Assembly: GCA_017609085.1 (NCBI GenBank)
Contig: JAFCEO010000001.1
Span: 1 to 62,953, forward strand
Origin: Candidatus Pacearchaeota archaeon
GTDB taxonomy: Archaea > Nanobdellota > Nanobdellia > Pacearchaeales > GW2011-AR1
Length of the DNA stretch: 62,953 nt
Reading direction: 5' to 3'
Shown here: positions 29,047 to 38,942 of the stretch, piece by piece
Layout of the letters: the number at the start of each line of letters is the position of its first letter
How positions within the stretch are numbered: the first letter of the stretch is position 1
The notes under the pieces: model-generated
What the model was told of the DNA's origin: nothing
The model's input: only the letters and a program-made list of their open reading frames with translations
Database searches by the model: none
Position numbers and translations under genes: made by a program

Positions 29047-29730
29047 ATGGACAATATGAAATTGAAAGATATTGAAATGTTTTGGAAGTCAGTTTTACAT
29101 TCTCAATACTTTCCTTCTAAAGAGAATAATAGCTGTTGGTGGGATGTTACAGAACAAGAAAAATTAGAGAAAATAGTTAGGCATTTGTCAGATCCGAATA
29201 CAAAAGAAAGGAAAAAAATAAGAGAGATATTAGTTAAAAACGATATTTATAGTGTTTTAGATGCGGGATGTGGTGTCGGAACAGAATTAGAGAGTTATAA
29301 ATCTCACAACATGGATATAGAATATGTAGGAATGGAAAAAAGTAATAGAATGTTAGAAATTGCAAAAACAAGACATCCTTATAACAAATTTGTATATGGA
29401 GATGTCAATGAAATGCCGTTTCCTGATAATTCTTTTGAAGCTGTAATTTTAAAACATGTTTTAGAACATCTGCCTGATTATAGATCTGCTGTCAACGAAG
29501 CTGTCAGAGTTGCTTCAAAAATTGTAATCATCGATTTTTTTCATAAACTTTGGCCATTTGATTTTAGAAAAAGACATAGAGAAGGTTTTTGGGAAAATTG
29601 GTATAGTAAAAGAAAATTTGAAAAATTTATAACAGATTTGCCAGTATCAAATTATGAGGTATTTACCACTACCGGAACATCCAGACAAACAGCAGAAATT
29701 TATGTCTTACACAAAGAAAGATTTATATGA
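29047..29730 (+). CDS. Class I SAM-dependent methyltransferase
   Basis: VLDAGCGVG, MPFPDNSFE, HVLEHL. Confidence 0.9.
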   Translation: MDNMKLKDIEMFWKSVLHSQYFPSKENNSCWWDVTEQEKLEKIVRHLSDPNTKERKKIREILVKNDIYSVLDAGCGVGTELESYKSHNMDIEYVGMEKSNRMLEIAKTRHPYNKFVYGDVNEMPFPDNSFEAVILKHVLEHLPDYRSAVNEAVRVASKIVIIDFFHKLWPFDFRKRHREGFWENWYSKRKFEKFITDLPVSNYEVFTTTGTSRQTAEIYVLHKERFI

Positions 29731-29782
29731 TATGCTAAAACCTTTTAAAATAATAGTAAATTAAATTTCAACATTTTTTCAT

Positions 29783-30886
29783 ATGAAGATTGCAAAAGTT
29801 ATGGACCTGCCGTTACATTATGGTTCTTGTCCAAAGTGGCTTTACCCAAGGATGAAAAATTTAGCGGAGAAGATACTTATGATTTTGTGTGAAGAATACG
29901 GCGAAAAGAAATTACTGGAAAGGCTTTCTGATCCTTTATGGTTTCAGGCTTTTGGTTGTGTTTTAGGATTTGACTGGCATTCTTCAGGATTAACAACAAC
30001 AACGACGGCGGCAATTAAAGAAGCTTTACAAAAAGCTAATCTTAGTATTTATGGAGCCGGAGGGAAAGGCAAAACTTCAAGAAAAACAATTCAAGAAATT
30101 AAAGAGAATGCAGAAAAATTAAATTTATCTGATACTAAAATAAAAGAACTTACAAGAGCGAGTAAATTAGCTGCGAAAGTGGATACAGCAGCTTTACAAG
30201 ATTCTTTTGTTTTGTATCACCATACATTTTTTTTCTCGAAAAATGGTTGGGCAGTTATACAACAAGGAATGTTACAAAAAGGAAATTATGCTAGGAGATA
30301 TCATTGGAATAATACAGAAAATTTTCTCAACGAACCACATAAAGCTGTTTGTTGTGATAAAATTGTAAAGCCATTAAACATGGTAACTAAAGAAACAGAA
30401 GAAGCAAGAAAAGCTAGTTTAGACATAGCTAAAGATTATAAAAGTTATTTTTATAATGTCGGCAAAGAAGAAATTAAAGGACAAACCTCTTTGTTAGATT
30501 TTGGAGGAGTAGATATCATAAAATTCAAAAAACAGCATTTTCCAAAAATACCTTTAAGTTACCAAAACTTGCAAACTTTAAAACAAATTAGAGAGTATCA
30601 GCCAAAAAATTATGAAGAATTGCTTTTATTTAAGGGGGTAGGTCCTAAAATTATTAGAAGTTTGGCATTAGTTTCAGAACTCGTTTTTGGAACAGAATTA
30701 TCCTGGCGCGATCCAGTAAAATTCTCTTTTGCTCATGGAGGAAAAGACGGTTGGCCTTATCCAATTAACAGAAAACAATTTGATCAGAGTATAGAAATTC
30801 TTGCCCAAGCAATAAAATCAGCTAAACTCAAACAGAAGGATAAATTTAGAAGTCTAAAAAGATTAAAGAAGTTTGTACAGAATTAA
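29783..30886 (+). CDS. DUF763 family protein
   Basis: LPLHYG, WFQAFGCVLGFDWHSSGLTT, AKVDTAALQD, ARRYHW, DPVKFSFAHGGKDG. Confidence 0.92.
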   Translation: MKIAKVMDLPLHYGSCPKWLYPRMKNLAEKILMILCEEYGEKKLLERLSDPLWFQAFGCVLGFDWHSSGLTTTTTAAIKEALQKANLSIYGAGGKGKTSRKTIQEIKENAEKLNLSDTKIKELTRASKLAAKVDTAALQDSFVLYHHTFFFSKNGWAVIQQGMLQKGNYARRYHWNNTENFLNEPHKAVCCDKIVKPLNMVTKETEEARKASLDIAKDYKSYFYNVGKEEIKGQTSLLDFGGVDIIKFKKQHFPKIPLSYQNLQTLKQIREYQPKNYEELLLFKGVGPKIIRSLALVSELVFGTELSWRDPVKFSFAHGGKDGWPYPINRKQFDQSIEILAQAIKSAKLKQKDKFRSLKRLKKFVQN

Positions 30887-30896
30887 TTTTGTTGTT

Positions 30897-31274
30897 TCAC
30901 TCAAAAAAGAAATCTTCATTCAATAAATCAGAATTAGCAATTATATCTGTAGCTGTTATAATTCCCACTAATTTTTCATTATTCATTACAGGCAATCTCT
31001 TTATTTTTTTTTCAGTCATAAGTAAGGCGGCGTTATCCAAACTTTCATCTTGATTTATAGTTATAACGTTTTTTGACATAATGCTAGAGATTTTTTTATT
31101 AAGAGAAGAAATATTTCTCAAAATATCTTTTTCTGTTATTATACCTTTTATCTTATTATTCTTTAAGAAAATTAAACTTCCTATATTTCTACTAGACATT
31201 ATTTTTGCAGCCTCTTTGACAGAAACATCATGCTCAATTACAACTGCCTTATTCATTATCTCTTTTACTTGCAT
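30897..31274 (-). CDS. CBS-domain protein
   Basis: Tandem CBS pair, GIITEKDI / GIITATDI. Confidence 0.92.
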   Translation of the reverse strand: MQVKEIMNKAVVIEHDVSVKEAAKIMSSRNIGSLIFLKNNKIKGIITEKDILRNISSLNKKISSIMSKNVITINQDESLDNAALLMTEKKIKRLPVMNNEKLVGIITATDIIANSDLLNEDFFFE

Positions 31275-31316
31275 TACAGATTAAAAAAATCGTAAGTATT
31301 TAAATTTTTTTTATCT

Positions 31317-32393
31317 TTAAATTTTCCACTTTCCTTTATCCTGTATTACTTTTCCATCTAAAATTATTCTTGCCTTTGACATGTCTTTAACAATATCCCA
31401 GTGTATAGCTGAGTCATTTCCACCACCGTTTTCTTTATATGCCATTCCCAGAGCTAAGTGGATTGTTCCAGAAATTTTTTCATCAAACAACAAATTTTTC
31501 GTAAATTTTTTTATTGAAGGATTCAAGCCGATGCCGAACTCTCCTACATATGACGCATTTTCATCTGTATTTAATATTGTTTTTAAAAAATCTTCATTTT
31601 TTTCAGCTTGTGCCTCTACAACTTTTCCATTCTCAAATTTTAAGTATACTCCAGAAACTTCCTTTCCATCACGTATTGCAGGGTATTCGAATTTTATCCA
31701 TCCTTTTAAACTTTCTCTAACAGGAGCCATAAATACTTCTCCGCCAGGCATATTTTCTTCTCCTTTATCTGCAACTGCATTTTTTCCTTCAATGGAAAAT
31801 TTTAAATCGACATTTTTTCCTTTCAACCACACTTCGTTTCCTTTTTCAAACTTTTTTCTAATTTTTTCTATTCTTTTACTTAATTTTTTCCAATTTTGCA
31901 GACAGGCAGAATAGACAAAATTTTCGTATTCTGTTAAAGACATTTCTGCTTCTTGTGCAAAGGAAGGGCATGGAAATCCTACTGTACATCTTCTTATCTT
32001 TTCTTTTTCATTAACAATGTAATCTGATATGGGTTTAATTATTCTCTGCCTCATAGCGATTTTCTTCGCATCTATAGAGGTTAATTCTCTTGTATTGTTC
32101 TCTGTATAAATTCCTATATATTTTTGCGCATTTTTTACAATATAATCCAGATGATCCGGAAATTTTTCAATTTGGTGTTTTTTAGCATACTTATAGAAAA
32201 AAGGAGTTAATCCTTTAGGAGATACTTTTAAAATTGGGTAAGCTCCCTTTAAAATTACTTCTTTGTATAGAGCAATAATAAAATCCTCTGCTTCTGTTCC
32301 TCCCGAGATTATTACATTCTCACCTTCTTTAATTTTTAGAGAATAATCCACGACAAGTTTCGCTAAAGCTCTTGTTCTTAAATCAATGGCCAT
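31317..32393 (-). CDS. M29-family aminopeptidase
   Basis: NMPGGEVF, GEFGIG, LFDEKISGTIHLALG, SAIHWD. Confidence 0.93.
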   Translation of the reverse strand: MAIDLRTRALAKLVVDYSLKIKEGENVIISGGTEAEDFIIALYKEVILKGAYPILKVSPKGLTPFFYKYAKKHQIEKFPDHLDYIVKNAQKYIGIYTENNTRELTSIDAKKIAMRQRIIKPISDYIVNEKEKIRRCTVGFPCPSFAQEAEMSLTEYENFVYSACLQNWKKLSKRIEKIRKKFEKGNEVWLKGKNVDLKFSIEGKNAVADKGEENMPGGEVFMAPVRESLKGWIKFEYPAIRDGKEVSGVYLKFENGKVVEAQAEKNEDFLKTILNTDENASYVGEFGIGLNPSIKKFTKNLLFDEKISGTIHLALGMAYKENGGGNDSAIHWDIVKDMSKARIILDGKVIQDKGKWKI

Positions 32394-33250
32394 TTTACTT
32401 CCCCTCTGTGAAATTTAACTCCGGTTACAAATTTACTTACCCATTTTACCCAGTCAACACACGATTCATAATTGCAGACATTCTTAAATTTTCCGAATAT
32501 AATAATTTCTTTTAAGTCATTTAAGATTGTTTCATCATTATCTACATTTATTTTTTTTGAAAATTCTATATATGATAAACCTGCATTCTTAATCCAATGG
32601 GCGTTTGATGTAGCTATCCATGATTTTCCATGTTTTTTCGCTATTTTTTGAGTCATTCTATTTGCCATTTTTGTAAATGAATGAACATATGGCACTAAAA
32701 ATAGGGGATAAGGAAATATCATTTCTGAGTTATGCCCTTCTACTGCAGTATACTCTTGAATATATTCTTCTAATAATTTCTTTCCCATACCTCCATCGTT
32801 TTTACAAAGAGGATGCTCTGCTATTTGAATTAAACCATTATCTTTTCCGAACTCTATAGTATCTCTTAATGACATAAAATTTGGAACTTTATTGCTCCCA
32901 ACAACAAGATGGTTTATCTTTCTTCCTTTTTCAGAAACAATTACTGTTTGACTGTTCAATAAATAAACTCTCTTGCCGTTTTTTTCGACAATAATGACAT
33001 TTTTTCCTAACTTATCAGCTTTGTATTCTTTTGGTAAAGAAGAAATAAATTTTGTTAAATAGCCTAATCTGTCATTGATACTATTTTCAGAAATTTTATC
33101 TGCACTGCTTGTGATAGCACAAAAATCTAAATCTTTTTCAAAACAAGAATCTGCTATTTCTTTCAAAAGGTTTTTCCTTTCATATCCTTGGGTTTTTATC
33201 CAATAAGGATGGAATCCAATTAATCCGTGCATATGTAAATCTGCTTTCAT
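32378..33250 (-). CDS. PHP-domain protein
   Basis: KADLHMH, AEHP, VEGHNS, ATSNAH; ATG 33250. Confidence 0.8.
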   Translation of the reverse strand: MKADLHMHGLIGFHPYWIKTQGYERKNLLKEIADSCFEKDLDFCAITSSADKISENSINDRLGYLTKFISSLPKEYKADKLGKNVIIVEKNGKRVYLLNSQTVIVSEKGRKINHLVVGSNKVPNFMSLRDTIEFGKDNGLIQIAEHPLCKNDGGMGKKLLEEYIQEYTAVEGHNSEMIFPYPLFLVPYVHSFTKMANRMTQKIAKKHGKSWIATSNAHWIKNAGLSYIEFSKKINVDNDETILNDLKEIIIFGKFKNVCNYESCVDWVKWVSKFVTGVKFHRGEVKWPLI

Positions 33251-33525
33251 TTTATGCTCCACGGAAACTTCGATGCAAATCGAGGCCCATCCTACTACAA
33301 AAAAACATTCTATTTATAAATCTTGCTGTTGTTACCATTCTTAAATAAATATAGATTAGAACTATAAAGATATATAAAATTAAAGGATTGTTTTTTTAAA
33401 TAAAACTCACAAAAACTAATCTCATTCTTCATTGTATGGATAGCAAAAAAAACAAATATAATTTCTTAACAAGTTAAAACTAGAACTGCTAAAATATGAT
33501 TCTATACAACATATTCTTTTTTACT

Positions 33526-33843
33526 TTAACCTTCAATCTCTTCTAAAGTTTCTTCTTCAGCCGATTCACTTTTCTCTAATGTTTCTTGATTTTCCAGTTC
33601 TTTTACTGTTTCTGTTTGCTCTTCTTCTACTTTCAAGTCTTCTTCACTTATGCTATTTATTATTTCTCTAAAAGCAGAAAAAGATTCAGCAGGAATTTTT
33701 GTTCCCGATTTTGTGAATCCAGTATATCTTTCTCCTCTTACATATTCTCTTATTGTTACTCCAGGTCTTCCACCGAAATCGTCTATTCTTATAACAATAT
33801 CTGTTGTTTCATTTTTCTTTATTTTTCCAATGTCTTTTTCCAT
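33526..33843 (-). CDS. PC4/YdbC-like ssDNA-binding protein with acidic tail
   Basis: IVIRIDDFGGRPGVTIREYV..YTGFTKSGTKI. Confidence 0.7.
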   Translation of the reverse strand: MEKDIGKIKKNETTDIVIRIDDFGGRPGVTIREYVRGERYTGFTKSGTKIPAESFSAFREIINSISEEDLKVEEEQTETVKELENQETLEKSESAEEETLEEIEG

Positions 33844-33940
33844 CTCAAAACTTAGTTTTTAGCATTTATAAAATTTTAGAAATTTAATAAAATTCTAAAT
33901 TTATCGGAACTTTTAGGGTTATTATCTTGGGACATTAAAA

Positions 33941-34025
33941 CGCCCGCGCCGGGATTCGAACCCGGATTGTAGCCGTTCTGCCAATGGTCGACAGGGCTAA
34001 GTGCTAGCCATTACACCACGCGAGC
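33941..34025 (-). tRNA. tRNA-Asp(GTC) with 13-nt canonical intron (33976-33988)
   Basis: GCTCGCG/CGCGGGC, TAGCC-CTGTCG-[ACCATTGGCAGAA]-C-GGCTA, CCGGG-TTCGAAT-CCCGG; BHB motif. Confidence 0.92.
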
Positions 34026-34136
34026 CTATTGAAAAATGTTATCTTCACTTTTTAAAGTTTTTTCTAACAGATATTCTAATTCTGATTTTTAAAAATAAAT
34101 GATAACATATTTAAATCTTATTTATCTCTTTTTTTT

Positions 34137-35111
34137 ATGAAGACAAAAAGAGGGGGGGCTTTTTTAATAATTTCATTAATTTTCTTTTTGATAATTTTAA
34201 TAATGGTTTCTTATTTTTTATTTCAAAATCTTCCAGGGGAACCCGAAAAGTTTAATGTAATTATTAAACAGTCTAGGTTAGAGACTGCTAATTTGAGTTA
34301 CAAGGTTAATCAATTTCGTCCCAATATGAAATTTAATCATAATTCAATTTCTTATAAAATTGATTCCGAGTGTAGTGAAGAAAAAAAAGAAAGAATGATT
34401 AGAGCTTTTAATGAGCTTTCTAAGAGAGTAGGTGTAATTAATTTTTATCTGTCTTTTGATAATCCTGATATTGATGTTAAATGCTCCGAAGAAGTTGTCA
34501 AATCGACAAAAAAAGATTTTTTTATTGCGGGGGAGGGAGGGGCAAACTTTGTTGTAGATACAGGAAGGTATAATGTTATTTTAAATGGAACAATTATTTT
34601 GCACGAGAATTCAAAAAAGGTTATTTATTGTAATTGGCCAAATGTAGAATTGCATGAACTTTTACATGTTTTTGGATTTGCCCATTCAAAAGATAAAAAT
34701 AGTTTGATGTATCCTTATCTAGAATCTTGTGAACAAAGACTTGATGATAGTATAGTTGAAGATTTAAAACAGCTATATACACAAAAAAATCTTCCTGATT
34801 TGTATTTTGAAGAAGTTAACGGAATTAAAAAAGGACGATATTTTGATTTTAATGTTACTGTAAAAAATTCAGGAACAATAGATGCGAAAAATGTTATTTT
34901 AAGTGTTTTTGATGATAATATTAAAATAGAAGATTTCAATCTAGGAAATATCCCTTTTGGAGGAGGCATGTCTTTTAAAGTTAACAATCTTAAATTAAAA
35001 AAAAGGTCTTCAGAGAATATAAAAATTATAATCGATTATGCCGACTCTATTAAAGAGATAGAGGAAGAGAATAATATAGCAGAATTAAATTTGCCTTTTA
35101 ATTCTCAATAA
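34137..35111 (+). CDS. Membrane-anchored matrixin-like metzincin with C-terminal CARDB domain
   Basis: HELLHVFGFAH, Met-turn SLMYP, LPDL..VKNSG..IKEIEEENN. Confidence 0.88.
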   Translation: MKTKRGGAFLIISLIFFLIILIMVSYFLFQNLPGEPEKFNVIIKQSRLETANLSYKVNQFRPNMKFNHNSISYKIDSECSEEKKERMIRAFNELSKRVGVINFYLSFDNPDIDVKCSEEVVKSTKKDFFIAGEGGANFVVDTGRYNVILNGTIILHENSKKVIYCNWPNVELHELLHVFGFAHSKDKNSLMYPYLESCEQRLDDSIVEDLKQLYTQKNLPDLYFEEVNGIKKGRYFDFNVTVKNSGTIDAKNVILSVFDDNIKIEDFNLGNIPFGGGMSFKVNNLKLKKRSSENIKIIIDYADSIKEIEEENNIAELNLPFNSQ

Positions 35112-35152
35112 ATAAGAAAGAAAAAAGAATTAAAAAAATAAAAAACATAAAT

Positions 35153-35320
35153 TTACTCACTTCCCTCTTCGGTTGAAGTTTCTTCTTCAGTTGATTCACT
35201 TCCCTCTTCAGATGAGGTCTCTTCTTCAGTTGATTCAGTCTCCTCTTCGGTTGAAGTTTCTTCTTCAGTTGATTCACTTTCTTCAGGTTGTTCAGTTTCT
35301 TGTTGTTCTTCACCTTCCAT
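35153..35320 (-). CDS. 55-aa hyperacidic repeat microprotein (not in ORF track)
   Basis: ATG 35320 with AGGAG RBS; MEGEEQQETEQPEESESTEEETSTEEETESTEEETSSEEGSESTEEETSTEEGSE. Confidence 0.75.
   Translation of the reverse strand: MEGEEQQETEQPEESESTEEETSTEEETESTEEETSSEEGSESTEEETSTEEGSE
35162..35278 (-). repeat. Three imperfect 39-bp tandem repeats (13 codons each)
   Basis: Unit encodes (S/T)ESTEEETS(T/S)EE(E/G). Confidence 0.85.
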
Positions 35321-35417
35321 TTTTATTTTCTCCTAAATTTAATAAATGTTAGAGTAAAATACGGTTTTTAAAACTTTGGGTTTTAAGTTTATCAAAAAAA
35401 CTCATAACAATACAAAA

Positions 35418-35575
35418 TCCCACCACCAGGATTCGAACCTGGGATCTTCCGGGTACAGCATGGCTTTTAGGGTTTCATATTCTCCCGTGGGAAAAATCCA
35501 CCTTAGACAATGAGGATTTACTTCAATCCTAAAAGTTGTCTACAGCCGGACGCTCTACCACTGAGCTATGGTGGG
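35418..35575 (-). tRNA. tRNA-Tyr(GTA) with 86-nt intron (35454-35539)
   Basis: CCCACCA/TGGTGGG with C1-G72 and A73, TCCGG-CTGTAG-[intron]-C-CCGGA, CCAGG-TTCGAAT-CCTGG. Confidence 0.92.
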
Positions 35576-35705
35576 ATTTATATAAAATAAAAATAGTGTA
35601 TTTAAAGATTTTGTAAGCGAGTTAACAATATAAATAATCTTTCTATAAATTGTGGATGTAAGGAGAGTCTAATTTTTGCCAGATAATTAAGTGTTTCTAA
35701 ACTTA

Positions 35706-37091
35706 TTACTCTTCCGCCCTAATGCCTCTTGGCTCGCTTAAAAAGAAAACACGGTTGGAGGAAGTTTCTTTTATTTTTTCGTTTCTCTCATAAATAGCTT
35801 TTGCTGGGGGCAATTCGAACTTTCCCACAATTCCTATTTTAGAATATATTATATAAGAAAGAATTGTTTCTTCCCCCTCCCTTAAACTTTCGATATTCCA
35901 TTCTATTCTCCTATTCTTTTCGTCGATTCTATCTGGAGCTATAGTTCCATATCTCTCATACAGCTTTACTATTGGAGGAAGCTTATCGATAATATTTATT
36001 TTTTCAGCAGACCTTCTTGCTTTAACATTTATAGAAACTTTTAGAGCAAATTCTCCTCCTTTTGTTTTAACCAGACTTATTTTCTTTTTTAATATTATAT
36101 CCGATATAAAATAGGTTTGGGCTAAAAAAATCATCATTATAATAACTATTATAATGGCTATTGGAATGAGCCAGTTTGTTTTTGCTATAACGGTCAGGCT
36201 GTCATCAGGTCTTAGTTCCTCTCTCCAAGTATAAAAAACAATAAAGCCTTTTCTCTCCGCTTTATCAGGGGGGAGATTAAAACTTGTAAATAAACGCGAA
36301 ATTACATTTTTAGCGATAGTTATTTCAGCCAGGCTTATTAAATTTCCTTCATTTTTCTTTTTAATCTCATATCGAGAAATAAGCCAGCCTTCTTTGTGCT
36401 CTTCTGTCAATAAATCTGATTTTTCTAAAAATTTAATCGTCGATTTAATAGTCTCCGAGACATTGTCTATCTTTATGTTTGCGTCCAATATATAAGGCCC
36501 CGCCACTAACGTTTTAAGTTTTTCTTTATTTATTTCTGTTGTAAAAGACTTTTTTTCTAAAGATGATAGAGAAAAGTTTTCTTTAAAGTTAAAAAATACA
36601 GAAGAAAATTCTGCTTCTATATTCTCAAAATCAAAATTTTCAAGATTTTGAAGATAAATTACAGCTTCATTATCTTCTGGATTTATATTGTCTGCAGAAA
36701 GGTAAAAAATATCTTTTAAATTTACAAGCTTTATTGTTAATCTGTCTTCTTGTATTCCCGAGGAAGACTTAATCTTATAAACAAAATTAAAATATCCCGA
36801 ATTTTTCTTTACACTTTCTAAGGCATTCACTTTAACAGTCAATTTTTTTACTTCTCCTTTGTCTAAATGAAATGCTTTTTTTGGACTTATTTCTACTCCG
36901 ACAAGAGAGTAAAGCTCAAAATTATCCTCTTCACCAAGATTTTTTATCGTAAATTCAAATTGTGCAGGATTATCAAGTTCTTTTATGATTACATCATTTA
37001 TCGGATTTTTTTCTATCTTTAGATTTATTGCAAAAACAGAACTCATTAAACTAATAACAAATATAATTAAAAGAATAAATTTTTTTCCCAT
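35706..37091 (-). CDS. Secreted/membrane-anchored protein with Ig-like beta domains
   Basis: Signal peptide, beta-rich ectodomain, TM near residue 310, C-terminal domain. Confidence 0.7.
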   Translation of the reverse strand: MGKKFILLIIFVISLMSSVFAINLKIEKNPINDVIIKELDNPAQFEFTIKNLGEEDNFELYSLVGVEISPKKAFHLDKGEVKKLTVKVNALESVKKNSGYFNFVYKIKSSSGIQEDRLTIKLVNLKDIFYLSADNINPEDNEAVIYLQNLENFDFENIEAEFSSVFFNFKENFSLSSLEKKSFTTEINKEKLKTLVAGPYILDANIKIDNVSETIKSTIKFLEKSDLLTEEHKEGWLISRYEIKKKNEGNLISLAEITIAKNVISRLFTSFNLPPDKAERKGFIVFYTWREELRPDDSLTVIAKTNWLIPIAIIIVIIMMIFLAQTYFISDIILKKKISLVKTKGGEFALKVSINVKARRSAEKINIIDKLPPIVKLYERYGTIAPDRIDEKNRRIEWNIESLREGEETILSYIIYSKIGIVGKFELPPAKAIYERNEKIKETSSNRVFFLSEPRGIRAEE

Positions 37092-37172
37092 ATCAAGAAC
37101 AAATTTATGTCGTATTTAAATATTTTTCTTCTCTCTAATATGTTTTAGAAGATATAAGAAATTACTACTTGC

Positions 37173-37676
37173 TTATGAATGCTTTCCTTCCAGTGCAAGG
37201 AAACTTTTAACTTGTGCAATAACTTCATCGACCTCTCCAACCAACTTGTCTTCATAGTCTTCTATTCTACTTTTAATAATGTATCTTTCATATATTCCTC
37301 TTAAAAATTTAAGAAGAGGGCTGTTTTCCCATCTGTGCTCGTAGTCTTTTTCAAGTATTGCTGTAAATTTTATTTCTACATCTCCTTTATTCATCTTTAT
37401 CTTCGCCCCCTCTTTTTGAACCTCTACTTCTGTCAATCCGAGAACGCGCCAATTGGCCTTAATTATAAACCTAAAGTAATCAGATATCTTTTTTTTAGCT
37501 TCCCATTTAATTTCAATTTCTTTTCCATTTGGTTTAATTTTTTCTGTGTACCCTTTTTCTGTAATACTATAGCCTTTATCAACAAACCAATCATAGAGGA
37601 AGCGATATGTTTCTTTAAAATCCCAAATTCCTGTATATTTTGTTTTGCCTGAAAAAACCTCATCTTTCTCTGCCAT
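37173..37676 (-). CDS. Hypothetical protein
   Basis: Clean 167-aa ORF with typical composition; no family recognised. Confidence 0.7.
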   Translation of the reverse strand: MAEKDEVFSGKTKYTGIWDFKETYRFLYDWFVDKGYSITEKGYTEKIKPNGKEIEIKWEAKKKISDYFRFIIKANWRVLGLTEVEVQKEGAKIKMNKGDVEIKFTAILEKDYEHRWENSPLLKFLRGIYERYIIKSRIEDYEDKLVGEVDEVIAQVKSFLALEGKHS

Positions 37677-37786
37677 TTGTTATGAACTTTTTTTAGTTTC
37701 CCCTCTTTTCCTAAAAAAGAAAAAAAGCATTTAAATATTTTTTGTCATCATAAATTATTCTGAGAAAAGTTACTCTCTATAGTTTT

Positions 37787-38350
37787 TTACATAGCATCTC
37801 TACAACTCTCGCACAACATTCTATTGTCTACTTTATAGATGATGTCAAAGTTTCCGCATTCTTCACAAATCCCTTCTTTAAATGTTTCTCCTGCTTTTAC
37901 TCTTTTTAGCTTTTCGCTTTCTTCCCTGATTTGCATAATTTCAGAAGCAGATTCAAATAAACTTGGCTCTATTCTTAGTATGTCTTTTAATGTTAGAAAA
38001 CCAATAACATTTCCTTTTACTGTTACAGGAAGCCATCTATACTTTGTTCTTTTCATTAATTGTAGAGCTTGATAAAGGTCAGCAGAAGGCCTGATTGTCA
38101 CGAGTTTTTTTGGGGCTATATCTTCAGCCTTTATCATACTTAATTCTTTTTTTGATTTTTTCGTCATTGCCCAAATGATATCCCCCTCTGTTATTATTCC
38201 TTTCAGTTTGTCACTTTCTTTCAATATTAAACTTCCCACTCTTTTTTTTACCATCTTCTTTGCACACTCAAGGATGGGGGTAGAAGGCTTCACTGAAATA
38301 AAGTTTCGAGTCATAATATCTCCGACTTTAATTCCGATTTTCATAATCAT
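37787..38350 (-). CDS. CBS-domain protein with C-terminal Zn ribbon
   Basis: CBS pair, EGICEECG..LCESC. Confidence 0.9.
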   Translation of the reverse strand: MIMKIGIKVGDIMTRNFISVKPSTPILECAKKMVKKRVGSLILKESDKLKGIITEGDIIWAMTKKSKKELSMIKAEDIAPKKLVTIRPSADLYQALQLMKRTKYRWLPVTVKGNVIGFLTLKDILRIEPSLFESASEIMQIREESEKLKRVKAGETFKEGICEECGNFDIIYKVDNRMLCESCRDAM

Positions 38351-38409
38351 AAAAAATGGGGAGGGTTTATAAATTATACTAATAACTCTTTAGTTGTAAT
38401 TAATTTGTT

Positions 38410-38826
38410 CTACATTCTTTCTATATTCTCAAACAAAAATGGCTCACTTTCTGCTATTTCTTTTTTTGTTATTAATCCTTGAAAATTTTTCTCATCCTTA
38501 ACAACAATAAAATCTACATTGTTCTTTTTCATTAAAAGTAATGTTTCCAAGACATTCGTTTCAGGACTTATAACAACAAATTTTTTTCTAATTTTTAATG
38601 CATTTATGCTTATATTTTTGTCTTTACCTTGCAGAAGCCACTTTAAAATATCTTCTTTGCTTAAGATTCCTAAGAAGTTGCCCTCTTTAACGACAAGACA
38701 TGCTTTATGGTTTTTATTCATTTTTCTTATACAGTTTATTAAGGGTAGAGAGGAATCTATTATAAGAAAATTTCTATCCATAATTTCTTTTGCCAATATA
38801 TCCCTCCTTATAACTAAACTTTTCAT
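38410..38826 (-). CDS. CBS-domain protein
   Basis: GILSKEDI / GLITKKEI; ends ESEPFLFE like its neighbour's RIEPSLFE. Confidence 0.85.
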   Translation of the reverse strand: MKSLVIRRDILAKEIMDRNFLIIDSSLPLINCIRKMNKNHKACLVVKEGNFLGILSKEDILKWLLQGKDKNISINALKIRKKFVVISPETNVLETLLLMKKNNVDFIVVKDEKNFQGLITKKEIAESEPFLFENIERM

Positions 38827-38887
38827 TTTCTCTAATTTGATTGAATAAAAATTTTAATTTAAATTCAATAGTATCTTGAGATTTAAA

Positions 38888-38942
38888 ACAGGGAGGATGT
38901 ATGCCCCAACTTTTTTCAGATGGCTGAGCCAGATCTCCCTGT
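38888..38942. other. GC-rich stem-loop upstream of the CBS gene pair
   Basis: ACAGGGAG...CTCCCTGT closing stem with internal TGGC-nnn-GCCA hairpin. Confidence 0.45.

Noticed and set aside
35098..35313. 71-aa Lys-rich ORF in the track
   Set aside because: Alternative frame of the same repeat; the acidic frame has the ATG and the RBS
35454..35539. C/D-box guide RNA in the tRNA-Tyr intron
   Set aside because: No RUGAUGA or CUGA boxes present
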